From positions 208,878,001 through 208,942,000 of the forward strand of contig OX597815.1 in assembly GCA_951406725.2 (NCBI GenBank): a stretch of 64,000 nucleotides of DNA, written 5' to 3'. The translations under genes and the position numbers were made by a program. Positions 52,117 to 64,000 of the stretch are shown piece after piece; position 1 is the stretch's first letter, and every line of letters begins with the position of its first letter. The notes beneath the pieces were generated by a model. The model was not told the DNA's origin. It worked only from the letters and a program-made list of their open reading frames with translations, and did no database searches. The DNA comes from Octopus vulgaris (taxonomy: Eukaryota).

Positions 52117-52445
52117 TCACCATCAAAATACAGGTCCAGATACTGCAACAGCTTGGGTTTCAGAGGACCACAGCTCTTTAACATCCTCCCTAAATGCCTG
52201 AGAGACTTACATGGCGTGGATATGGGTTTCTTTTAAACTAAACTGGATCTCTTCTTGTCGGGAGTCCCAGATGAACCTACCTCATGACAGGAGACGCAGA
52301 TGCGGGCAGCGGCATCGAACTCCCTTGTTGATCAAGTGCCACGTATCAGAGGTGGATTCACATATTAGTGTAGCTCATTCAGCGGTGGTGCGCGAGCATG
52401 GCCGCGGCCTTTGGGCTAAGACATTTTTAAGGATTTAAGGATTTA
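52117..52445 (+). mobile_element. CR1-group LINE 3' fragment (second family) with 3' stem-loop and (TTTAAGGA)n tail
   Basis: 52117-52368 translates SPSKYRSRYCNSLGFRGPQLFNILPKCLRDLHGVDMGFF*TKLDLFLSGVPDEPTS*QETQMRAAASNSLVDQVPRIRGGFTY*; GP.LFN.LP / KLD.FL..VPDEP / RAA.SNSL.DQ are motifs of LINE ORF2 C-termini. Confidence 0.75.
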
Positions 52446-52789
52446 TTATTGAGAGCTAACTTTCTATGAACCTTGTATCTGGAATATAACTTAAATGTTT
52501 TGTACAAACGGTTATTATGATGGATGGTTCTAATTTAAATGTGAACACTTTCAAATGAAAGAATTTGTTTTGTAGCATCAGAGATGGTCCGAGGCAGATT
52601 TTTATCAAGAAAGGTTCAAACCTAATTTTAGTTTGGTTTTCTTCTTTCTCAAGTTTACTTTGCTTGTGGTTATTCAGAAATTAATTATATAACTATTATT
52701 AAATTAATTACTTCAGTTTCATTTAATCAATCATATTTCTGTCTTCTCACTAAAAATCTGAATAGTTGCCAGGTCAAAGGAATTCATAA

Positions 52790-52820
<31 letters not shown>

Positions 52821-52969
52821 ATGCATGCTGCATGTTAATAAAAATCTCAATTAATGTCGTTCTGATTCTCATCTAGAACTATTTTATGCCATTGATCACA
52901 TGTGGTTATTATATATTGGAAACGTATCAATATCTATATTTCAGTTTCTTAAATCCTTTTTTTTTTATT

Positions 52970-53697
52970 GTTTTATTTGTTTCAGTCGTTTGACTGTGGC
53001 CATGCTGGAGCACCACCTTTAGTCGAACAAATTGACCCCCGGGACTTATTCTTTGTAAGCCTAGTACTTATTCTATCGGTCTATTTTGCCAAACCGCTAA
53101 GTTACAGGGACGTAAACACACCAGCATCAGTTGTCAAGCAATATTGGCGGGACAAACACAGACACAGACATATCATCATCATCATCATCATCATCGTTTA
53201 GCGTCCGTTTTCCATGCTAGCATGGGTTGGACGGTTCTACTGGGGTCTGTGAAGCCAGAAGGCTTCATCAGGCCCAGTCAAATCTGGCAGTGTTTCTACG
53301 GCTGGATGCCATTCCTAACGCCAACCACTCCGTGAGTGTAGTGGGTGCTTTTTATGTGCCACCCGCACAGGTACCAGACAGAGCTGGCAAACGGCCACGA
53401 ACGGATGGTGCTTTTTATGTGCCACCGGCACGAGGGCCAGGCGAGGCTGGCAACGGACACGAACGGATGGTGCTTTTTACGTGCCACCGGCACGAGGCCA
53501 TTCGGGGCGGCGCTGGCAACGGTCGCGAAACGGAATATACGACAGGCTTCTTTGAGTTTCCGTCTACCAAATCCACTTACAAGGCTTTGGTTGGCCCGAG
53601 ACCATAGTAGAAGACAATTGCCCAAGGTGCCACGCAGTGGAACTGAACCCGGAACCATGTGGTTGGTAAGCAAGCTACTTACCACACAGCCACTCCT
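52970..53697 (-). mobile_element. SINE family A split by a family C SINE (53172-53533) in its internal microsatellite
   Basis: A 3' half 52970-53168, C element with three ~60-bp subrepeats, A 5' half 53537-53697. Confidence 0.88.
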
Positions 53698-54244
53698 GTT
53701 TATATTTCTTTATATTGTTCAATTTTTCTCTTATCCATCGACTTTTCTCTTTTCTAATTATTCCTCAAACTTGTTGCATAGTAGTTAGATATCGTCAGTG
53801 AGACTCTGCCAGAAATTTCAAACCTTTGCTCAAAATCCTTTGGTAAGTTATGTTCCAAATATCAAGATAATTCAACATTTAGTATCCTAAATTATTCATT
53901 ATTTTCAGAAGGCAATTAAAACAGTCAGTGTATTTCAATAAAAATATGGTAATGAATGAGTGAGGAATGAAATATACCCTTTAGAATAAATACCCAATAT
54001 TTTTTGGAATTAGCTCCAAGATGCTCTCAAGATGGCTCTGACAGTCCACACCCATTTTATTATTTTTTCATACTGTACAATGTGATTTGAGATCTTGGTT
54101 CATATGTCTAGCATGGTGAGTACCCATGTAGATGCTTCCTCATTGGCCAGTACATATTTTAACATAGTGTTAATAATCCTTTCTAGTACACGTACAAGGC
54201 TTGAACTGTTAGGAGAAGGAGCTAGTCAACTATATTAACTGGTA

Positions 54245-55084
54245 GGATCTTTTCCCTTTGAACAGCAGATCGAGAAATTAATTTTTTGTAACTATAAGCA
54301 CTTTCAAACTTCGGACACTGGTAGAATGTGTCATATAAAACATCTTTTACTCTTAGTGTTGTTGAGAAAAGTTTGTATTTTCAAAATTATTTCGTGTTAA
54401 AGTTGTCGTATTTCGGTAATTTCAACCAATCAATGACGTGTATTCAGCTGAATAAAATTACTACCGTTGTTTGTCAACAACTATCGGCAGTGTATTTTCC
54501 ATTTGTCACTGTTATTTACGACATTGTTCCTACATTTGTACTGATTTTAGCTTTAGGGTTTTAGGGTTAGGGTTAGGGTTTATGGTTAAGGTTAAGGTTT
54601 TAGGGTTAGGGTTTTATGTATTGGGATTTTAGGGTTAGAGTTACGGAAAAAGTGAAAAATGAAGTAATTGGAGGGGGCGAGTCTTTCCGAAAATAGTAGC
54701 TGGAAAACAGGAAAAAAAACTAAAAGCAGTTAGAAATGCACGAACGATTGTAGTGGTGCCATGAAGTAAACATGCTTCAAATACACTCGTTTATTTATAC
54801 AAACGTAACTGAGATGAAATATGTCATAAATGGAAAATACACTGCCGGAAGTTGTTGACAAACAACAGCAGTAATTTTATTCAGCTGAATACACGTCATT
54901 GATTGGTTGAAATTACCGAAATACGACTACTTTAACATGAAATAACTTTGAAAATACAAACTTTTCTCAACAACACTAAGAGTAAAAGATGTTTTATATG
55001 ACACATTCTACCGGTGTCCGAAGTTTGAAAGTGTTTAGTTACAAAAATTAATTTCTTGATCTGCTGTTCAAAGAGTGAAGATCC
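54245..55084. mobile_element. Second Merlin-like foldback element with internal TTAGGG repeats
   Basis: GGATC...GATCC termini, long inverted arms homologous to 48424-49040, flanks aactggta/aactagtt, (TTAGGG)-like tract ~54545-54640; inserted in a decayed SINE B. Confidence 0.72.
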
Positions 55085-55646
55085 AACTAGTTTTTATATC
55101 ATCAGTCCCAAAAGGACGGAAAGTAAAGACAACCTTGGTGCAATTTGAATCCAGGATTTAAAGCTAGATAAGCATAAAGCCTCTAAACATATTGTCTGTC
55201 ACACTAACGATTCTGTCTGTCTGCTTGCTGGCTTACAGAGTCTTAATAATAATATCGACAAAATTCTTGCTCTCTCTTTCTCCCTTTCTCCATCTTTTTT
55301 GAAATTTTTTTTTTCTTTTGCTAGATGTTCATCGACTTGTTTTATTCTCTAAATTTCATTCCGTTATTCTTTTTCAATGAACTGATTTTTGTCTTTGAGT
55401 GCAGTAAGTAATTTGTCATATGTATTTTGATACCCTGCTGGTCTGTCTTCGAATTCACTGTTGAAAGAGACTTAGCTTGTCTCATGGATGGTAAAATAAA
55501 TTATCACTATTATTCGAAAAATTGATTAGCTTACTATTGTCTGCTGCACATATTCCTCTGGAAAATTTATTCTCGACATTGAATAGATCTTCACTGTCAA
55601 AAATGTATTCATATGTGTTTTAGTGTGCACACTTGTTCTTGTATAC

Positions 55647-57521
<1,875 letters not shown>

Positions 57522-58164
57522 TATGTGTATATTTATACATATCTATAAATGTATGCTTGTGTGTGTGTGCGTGTGTGTGTATATAAACAAAGGGTAAAAT
57601 AGCTCTAGAAATTCTTTTGCAAGTTAATAATGTCTTGTTTAGAAATTTTGTTTCGTGCTTTGTACATACAGTACTGTCTGATGATATGAACACAGTTGGG
57701 AGTTCCCCATGATGATGATGAGCTATGCCATCAATTGGTAAATAGTAGAGGGCTCCAGTCTCTGGCCTTGTACAAGTGTTTTAATACTGCCGAGATGGTC
57801 ATACACATATCCACAAATTAGATGTCTGTCGAAGATCAGAAATGAAATGAAACCCAGTGCCGATGTAAATATTTGAAAAAAAAAAGTTTTCAGTATCTTA
57901 AGATGGGATTCTGTATTCATAAAAATTATTATCTCGGTAATCCTATCTCAGACGTTTAGACATTTAATTACATTTGATTTAATCTAATTATAGTCTTAAC
58001 CAGCATTAGATGGTTATTTAGCTTTGTTCTGGTGTACTTTTATGTTTTTAAATGCTTACAACTATATTTAACAGTTTTAAGTGCTGATCAGTCTTCAAAA
58101 GTTGGTGACAGAAGGAAGTTTACATTAAGTTTCTGTAGTACTCCAAGAGAAGTTTTGTTCTTTT

Positions 58165-58311
58165 AGGAGTGGCTGTGTGGTAAGTAGCTTGCTTACCAAC
58201 CACATGGTTCCGGGTTCAGTCCCACTGTGTGGCACCTTGGGCAAGTGTCTTCCACTATAGCCTTGGGCCGACCAAAGTGAGTGAATCTAGTAGACGGAAA
58301 CTGAAAGAAGC

Positions 58312-58362
<51 letters not shown>

Positions 58363-58553
58363 ATGTTTGTCCCCCCAACATCACTTGACAACCAATGGTG
58401 GTGTGTTTACGTCCCCGTAACTTAGTGGTTCAGCAAAAGAGACCGATAGAATAAGTACTAGGCTTTCAGAAGAAGAAGTCCTGAGCCCGATTTGCTCGAC
58501 TAGAGGCGGTGCTCCAGCTGGGCCACAGTCAGAATGACTGAAACAAGTAAAAG
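58165..58553 (+). mobile_element. SINE family A
   Basis: Near full-length copy. Confidence 0.87.
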
Positions 58554-58903
58554 CGTATTTGTTGAAACTGGTCTGGATGAAGGTGCATTGGCCATAATAA
58601 CCTTTGCAGTTTGATGCTGTTAATGATACTAGCCTACCTGAAACCACCCTCGGTTCTGTAATACGGATTCCCTATTTGAAAGGGATCTAAATTTTGAGTC
58701 AAAAGCTTATTATATTGGTCTCTATAACCAAACTACTAGGTTATGGGAATGTAAACAAACCAACACTGGTTGTCTGTTGGTGGCAGTGAACGAACAAACA
58801 CACACACTCACACACGATGGACTTCTTTCGCTTTCCGTCTTCTATAGCAATCATAGACACACACACACACACACACATATATATATCTACAACAGACTTC
58901 TTT

Positions 58904-59087
58904 CATTATTTACATTATTTACATTTGATGGATATTTGTCTTCATCTTGTTTGTTGTTAACACAACATTTCGGCTGATATACCCTCCAGCCTTCATCAGG
59001 TGTCTTAACAACAAACAAGATGAGGACAAGTATCCGTCAAATGTAATTAATGTACATAATTCCTCATCTCTTAATTATAGAACTGTA
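58904..59087. mobile_element. Penelope-like inverted fragment inserted in an old SINE A
   Basis: ~45-bp inverted arms around a hammerhead motif; agacttcttt repeated on both sides. Confidence 0.62.
58959..59004 (-). ncRNA. Minimal type I hammerhead ribozyme-like motif
   Basis: gacac CTGATGA a ggctg-gagggtatat-cagcc GAAA tg tt gtgtt: stem I gacac/gtgtt, 5-bp stem II, minimal stem III (aacgtt palindrome with CpG decay). Confidence 0.65.
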
Positions 59088-59521
59088 AGACTTCTTTTTG
59101 TTTCCTTCTACCAAATCCTTTCACAAGGCTTTGGTTGGCCCAAGTCTATTATAGAAGACACTTACCCAAGTGCTAGGCAGTGGGACTGAACCAAGAACCA
59201 TGTGTTTGAGAAGCAAGCTTCTTACCACACAGCCGCACTTCAACTTTCAGTAATCGCTGTTATATTTCTTTTGTGAGTGAGACCGTCTCCTGATTGATAC
59301 ATTATTTTTCGTTAAGTGGGGTGAGCTGGTAGAGTTATTAGCATGTCAGGTAAAATGCTTACCGGAATTTTGTCCCTCTCTAAATTCTGAGTTCAAATTC
59401 CACCAAGGCCACCTTGGCGTTTCATCTTTGCAGGCTCAAAAGAATAAGTATCAGTTAAGCACTGGGTTTGATGTAATCAACGTGCCCTTTACCCTAAACT
59501 TGTTGGCCTTGTGCCAGCATT

Positions 59522-59940
59522 CTAAACTGATTTGTTATAATCTTACTCTTTTACTTGTTTCAGTCATTTGACTGCGGCCATGCTGGAGCATCGCCTTTAG
59601 TCGAGCAACTAGACCCAAAGACTTATTCTTTGTAAGCCCAATACTTATTCTATCAGTCTCTTTTGCCGAACCACTAAGTGACGGGGACATAAACACACCA
59701 GCATCGGTTGTCAAGCAATGCTAGGGGGACAAACACAGACACACAAACACACACATATATATATACATATATACGACGGGCTTCTTTCAGTTTCAGTCTA
59801 CCAAATCCACTCACAAGGCATTGGTCGGCCCGGGGCTATAGTAAAAGACACTTGCCCAAGATGCTACGCAGTGGGACTGAACCCGGAACCATGTGGTTGG
59901 TTTTAGCAAGCTACTCACCACACAGCCACTCCTGCGCCTA
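59522..59940 (-). mobile_element. SINE family A
   Basis: Full-length reverse-complement copy. Confidence 0.9.
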
Positions 59941-60199
59941 TCCATCATTGTATCACATTTGTAATACTATTGTGTTTCGGAGAGCCTTGGGAATTGCTGA
60001 AACAATCATTATGCTTGTATTCTTCATTGCAATTATGATAATATGAGGGTCAATACTATTTTTACCTCCGCTTCCCAACATTCTAACTTCCATTGCTGTT
60101 TGTTCTGTAGCCACTGGTTTGATCTGGCTAAGCTGTTCTTTGATCAAGGACATTCCACTTGTGATCATCCTATCTTCTTTTATCTTTATCTTTATCTTT

Positions 60200-60397
60200 T
60201 ATCTTTTACTTGTTTCAGTCATAGGACTGCGGCCATGCTAGAGCACCACCTTTAGTCGAGCAAATCGACCCCGGGGCTTATTCTTTGTAAGCCCAGTACT
60301 TATTCTATCATTCTCTTTTGCCGAACCGCTAAGTGACAGGGACATAAACACACCAGCATCGGTTGTCAGCCAATGCTAGGGGGCAAACATACACACA

Positions 60398-60451
<54 letters not shown>

Positions 60452-60624
60452 CATATATACGACAGGCTTCTTTCAGTTTCCGTCTACCAAATCCACTCAC
60501 AAGGCATTGTCGGCCCGGGGCTATAGCAGAAGACACTTGCCCAAGATGCCACGCAGTGGGACTGAACCCGGAACCATGTGGCTGGTTAGCAAGGTACTTA
60601 CCACACAGCCACTCCTGCGCCTAT
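60200..60624 (-). mobile_element. SINE family A
   Basis: Full-length reverse-complement copy. Confidence 0.9.
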
Positions 60625-61077
60625 GTATATTTTTTCCGCAAGTGTAGTGTATTTCAAGGGTTATCATCATCATCATCACCGTAATCATCATCATCATCAC
60701 CATAATTATCATCATCATTTTCTTAATGTCCACTTCTCCATGCGCATTTTCCATGCAATGTCATATTTCCCTGTTTCTATGTAATTTCATATTTCCCCAT
60801 GCGTTAACATGTTTTCACAGAAAATTGGAAGCGAAAGACACTGCCTCAATAATGGCAACTCTCATTTACAACAATCATGCAATGTCAAGAGAAGGATGCA
60901 CAAACGTGGCCCCTTTCCTTTGTTCTCTCTATCTCCCTTCCCCCTCTCTCTCATTCATACACAGAGCTTGTATAGACAAGTATATACCAAAATATCAGTG
61001 TATCTCCTCACCAGTCTACAAACTCCAGTCGCTGCTTCCTACTCTCTTGACACATATCCCACCAAAACAAGAAGTAC

Positions 61078-61283
61078 TACCAACCACATCGTTCCGGGTT
61101 CAGTCCCACTGTGTGGCACCTTGGGCGAGTGTCTTCTACTATAGCCCCGGGCCGACCAAAGCCTTGCAAATGGATTTGGTAGATGGAAACTGAAAGAATA
61201 AGTCCTGGGGTCAATTTGCTCAACTAAAGGCTGTGCTCCAGCATGGCCACAGTCAAATGACTGAAACAAGTAAAAGAGTAAAA
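61078..61283 (+). mobile_element. SINE family A with internal deletion
   Basis: Head joined directly to tail at aaagaa (ggaaactgaaagaa|taagtcc). Confidence 0.85.
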
Positions 61284-61633
61284 AGAGGAAGTAGATTGGT
61301 GAGACCATAAAAATATTGGACTATGGGTCTTACATAATTTGCTCCTGCTCTTTTATTCTGAGTTCTAATTCCTTCGTGGCTTCCTTAGGTAGACGGCTTA
61401 ATCTCTTGCCCATCATTGTTGCAAGTATTCTGACCAGGTTTCCGGCTTCAAAATACCTTCCTGTCTCTCTCCCTCCCACCAGCCTCAGAGGTGCTGTAAA
61501 GGGTCAGAAGCACTACTTTTCCTCTTGAATAAAAAAAAAAAAGGGTTAAAAAAGAAAAAGTTTTTTTTATACACATAAAGCACACAGCAAATATAACATC
61601 CTTTGTAATTAGTGAAACCAAGACTATCAGCAT

Positions 61634-61855
61634 ACTCTTTTACTCTTTTACATGTTTCAGGCATTTGACTGCGGCCATGCTGGAGCACTGCCTTTAGTCG
61701 AGCAAATCGACCCCGGGACTTATTCTTTGTAAGCCCAGTACTTATTCTATCGGTCTCTTTTGCCGAACCGCTAAGTGACGGGGACGTAAACACACCAGCA
61801 TCGGTTGTCAAGCAATGCCAGGGGGACAAACACAAACACACACACACACACACAC

Positions 61856-61905
<50 letters not shown>

Positions 61906-62069
61906 GACAGGCTTCTTTCAGTTTCCGTCTACCAAATCCACTCACAAGGCATTGGTCGGCCCGGGGCTATAGCAGAAGACACTTGCCCAAGATGCCACGC
62001 AGTGGGACTGAACCCGGAACCATGTGGTTGGTTAGCAAGCTACTTACCACACAGCCACTCCTGCGCCTA
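61634..62069 (-). mobile_element. SINE family A
   Basis: Full-length reverse-complement copy. Confidence 0.9.
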
Positions 62070-63210
62070 GTAATAATGGTTTTAAATTTTGGCACAAAGC
62101 CTGCAATTTTGGGGTTGGAAGGTAGTCAGTTACATCAATGTTAGTGCATAGCTCGTACTTACTTCATCGACTGCAACACAATGGAAAGCAATGTTGACCT
62201 TGGTGGAATTTGAACTCAGAATCTAAAGACTTACAATATGCCACTTGGCATTTTGTCAGGTGTGTCTAATGATTCTGCCAGCATGCTACCTTTATCAGGT
62301 AAAGTAATTAATGAGAATCTCGTTACTAAGTCTTGTATGAAGAGATTCTTCTGCATAGAAGATGGTTTGCAGCAAATATTGGTGTGAACCTGAGATTTAT
62401 AGAGCAACTTGGTCCGTCTGTAGCTTTAACTTATGTCAAGGATTTCACGTGAATGGCATGGCTAAACCCATTATCGGCTTATCAAGGACACGGGAGTAGC
62501 AGCAGTTTTAAGACACATAAGTTAGTTACCACAAGCTATTTCAGCATCGAAGAACCTTTTTTGCAGAGTGTGTGTAGGTTGCACATTTGTTGTTGTAAAT
62601 ATGAAGCTAACCTTCATTGGAAACTCTGCCAACTCTACCAGCACAATTCAAAAATCTTTATACTTTTGTTCTAATTTAATCTTCTTTGGAAACCATTAAA
62701 TCTGTGTCTAGAACTTTCTATTGTTATCTCTGCACCACTTACCAATTATACATGTATTTATTCATTATTTGAAAATACAGAATATAAGAAACTTTAGTTT
62801 GCATTTGCATTTCTGGTTGTTTTATCATTTCCAAAATATTCTCTTTATTTATTTGAATTGCTTCTTTTATTAAAATTAGGCGGTATTTGGATTAATGTAA
62901 TTTCCATCTGCGCTGTTTACCATTTTCTTTCATTGTTCTTACAAACTGTAATTCTTCTCATCCCTCTCTTATTATTCTACAGTTAACTATTCTGCTACTT
63001 CTAAACAGCATACTGTCTGCTTCGTTGTAATTAAGCTACGTTAGACTAGCCCTACAACTGTTGCTCATTGTTAATGTAGATGCCTATTTTTGCTCTCACC
63101 CTTTTGGGGGTGACAAAAGCACCACCCCAAAGGATAAATACAAAGGGGTGGGCAAGATGTCTTGTGGCATCTGATCTAACTCTAGGCATTCTAACAGCTA
63201 TCTCTAACAA

Positions 63211-63432
63211 AGGCGGCGAGTTGGCAGAAACGTTAGCACGCCAGGCGAAATGCGTAGCCGCATTTCGTCTGCCGTTACGTTGTGAGTTCACATTCCGCCG
63301 AGGTTGACTTTGCCTTTCATCCTTTCGGGGCCGATAAATTAAGTACCAGTTACACACTGGAGTCTATGTAATTGACTTAATCCCTTTGTCTGTCCCGTCT
63401 ATGTTTAGCCCCTTGTGGGCAATAAAGAAATA
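63211..63432 (+). mobile_element. SINE family B with TSD
   Basis: Full-length; tatctctaacaa on both sides. Confidence 0.88.
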
Positions 63433-63650
63433 TATCTCTAACAAAACTGGTACACAGCTTTACAGGCACAGGTTGGCAGCCTTTTCTATTAATAAACATC
63501 AGTCTTGTAGAGAAGCAACATTTACATGTATGTTTAGATGATGCTCTTCTTCAGAAAATATTGCCCAAACTGGCACCTATATATGTAGATACGTAGTTAA
63601 CTTTGACCTTTAGAGACCTTCAGATAACCTACAGGTCAACGTTACAACTC

Positions 63651-63883
63651 TTAACCCTTTAGCATTTAAACCAGCCATTTTCAGCCCAAATATTCTCTCT
63701 GTTTTACATTTAAACTGGCCAGAGCTGGCCTCTCACACCTCCTCTGCAATGTCCTTCCAAAAATAGAAAATTCCATCATTAAAATCTTGAAGCTTATCTT
63801 GAAGATAATCCAAGATTAATTCAAAATGAAGTGAATAAACAAACATTGGATTTGATAAAGTAAGCCAATTGCTAAAGGTTTAA
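63651..63883. mobile_element. piggyBac-type MITE family D
   Basis: ttaaccctttagcatt...ttgctaaaggtttaa. Confidence 0.72.
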
Positions 63884-64000
63884 AAATCTACTCCACTTGA
63901 TTGAGAACTTATTTTTAAGCCTGATACTTATTTTGTTGGGTACCATTTGCTGAACTGTTAAGTTACAGGAACATAAACAAACCATCACTGATTGTCCAAA

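Noticed and set aside
52405-52421. cggcctttgggctaaga resembles U2 snRNA stem-loop I
   Set aside because: Only 17 nt, no branch-point pairing region or Sm site follows; explained as the LINE 3' stem-loop
54545-54640. True telomere or chromosome fusion site
   Set aside because: Short, degenerate, single orientation and enclosed in transposon TIRs

Overview
AT-rich, repeat-dense eukaryotic intronic DNA. The repeat landscape (tRNA-derived SINEs, RTE-tailed SINEs, very long TA/CA/ATT microsatellites) resembles an octopus/coleoid cephalopod genome; this is inference from recalled repeat families and was not checked. Only one host coding exon is supported: 24290-24468 (+), a DEAD-box RNA helicase exon (motifs II DEAD and III SAT) most like DDX49/Dbp8. 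Almost all long ORFs in the track are microsatellite or SINE artefacts. The rest is mobile-element material: four SINE families (A: tRNA/CORE-like, >20 copies; B: tRNA-like, including a 10-unit tandem array with higher-order structure; C: RTE-tailed; one young tRNA-Arg-like SINE), 3' fragments of two CR1-group LINEs and an R4/Dong LINE in a TAA repeat, piggyBac-type MITEs, a Helitron-like element, a hAT remnant and two Merlin-like foldback elements with internal TTAGGG repeats. Most interesting: (i) a tRNA-headed short element carrying a Penelope-type minimal hammerhead ribozyme tail (candidate Penelope-mobilised SINE), (ii) a LINE 3' end sharing a stem-loop with the dominant SINE family, (iii) SINE concatemers with a recurrent junction, (iv) ~100-200 bp target duplications around RTE-type SINEs. 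Coordinates of degenerate repeats are approximate and were counted by eye.
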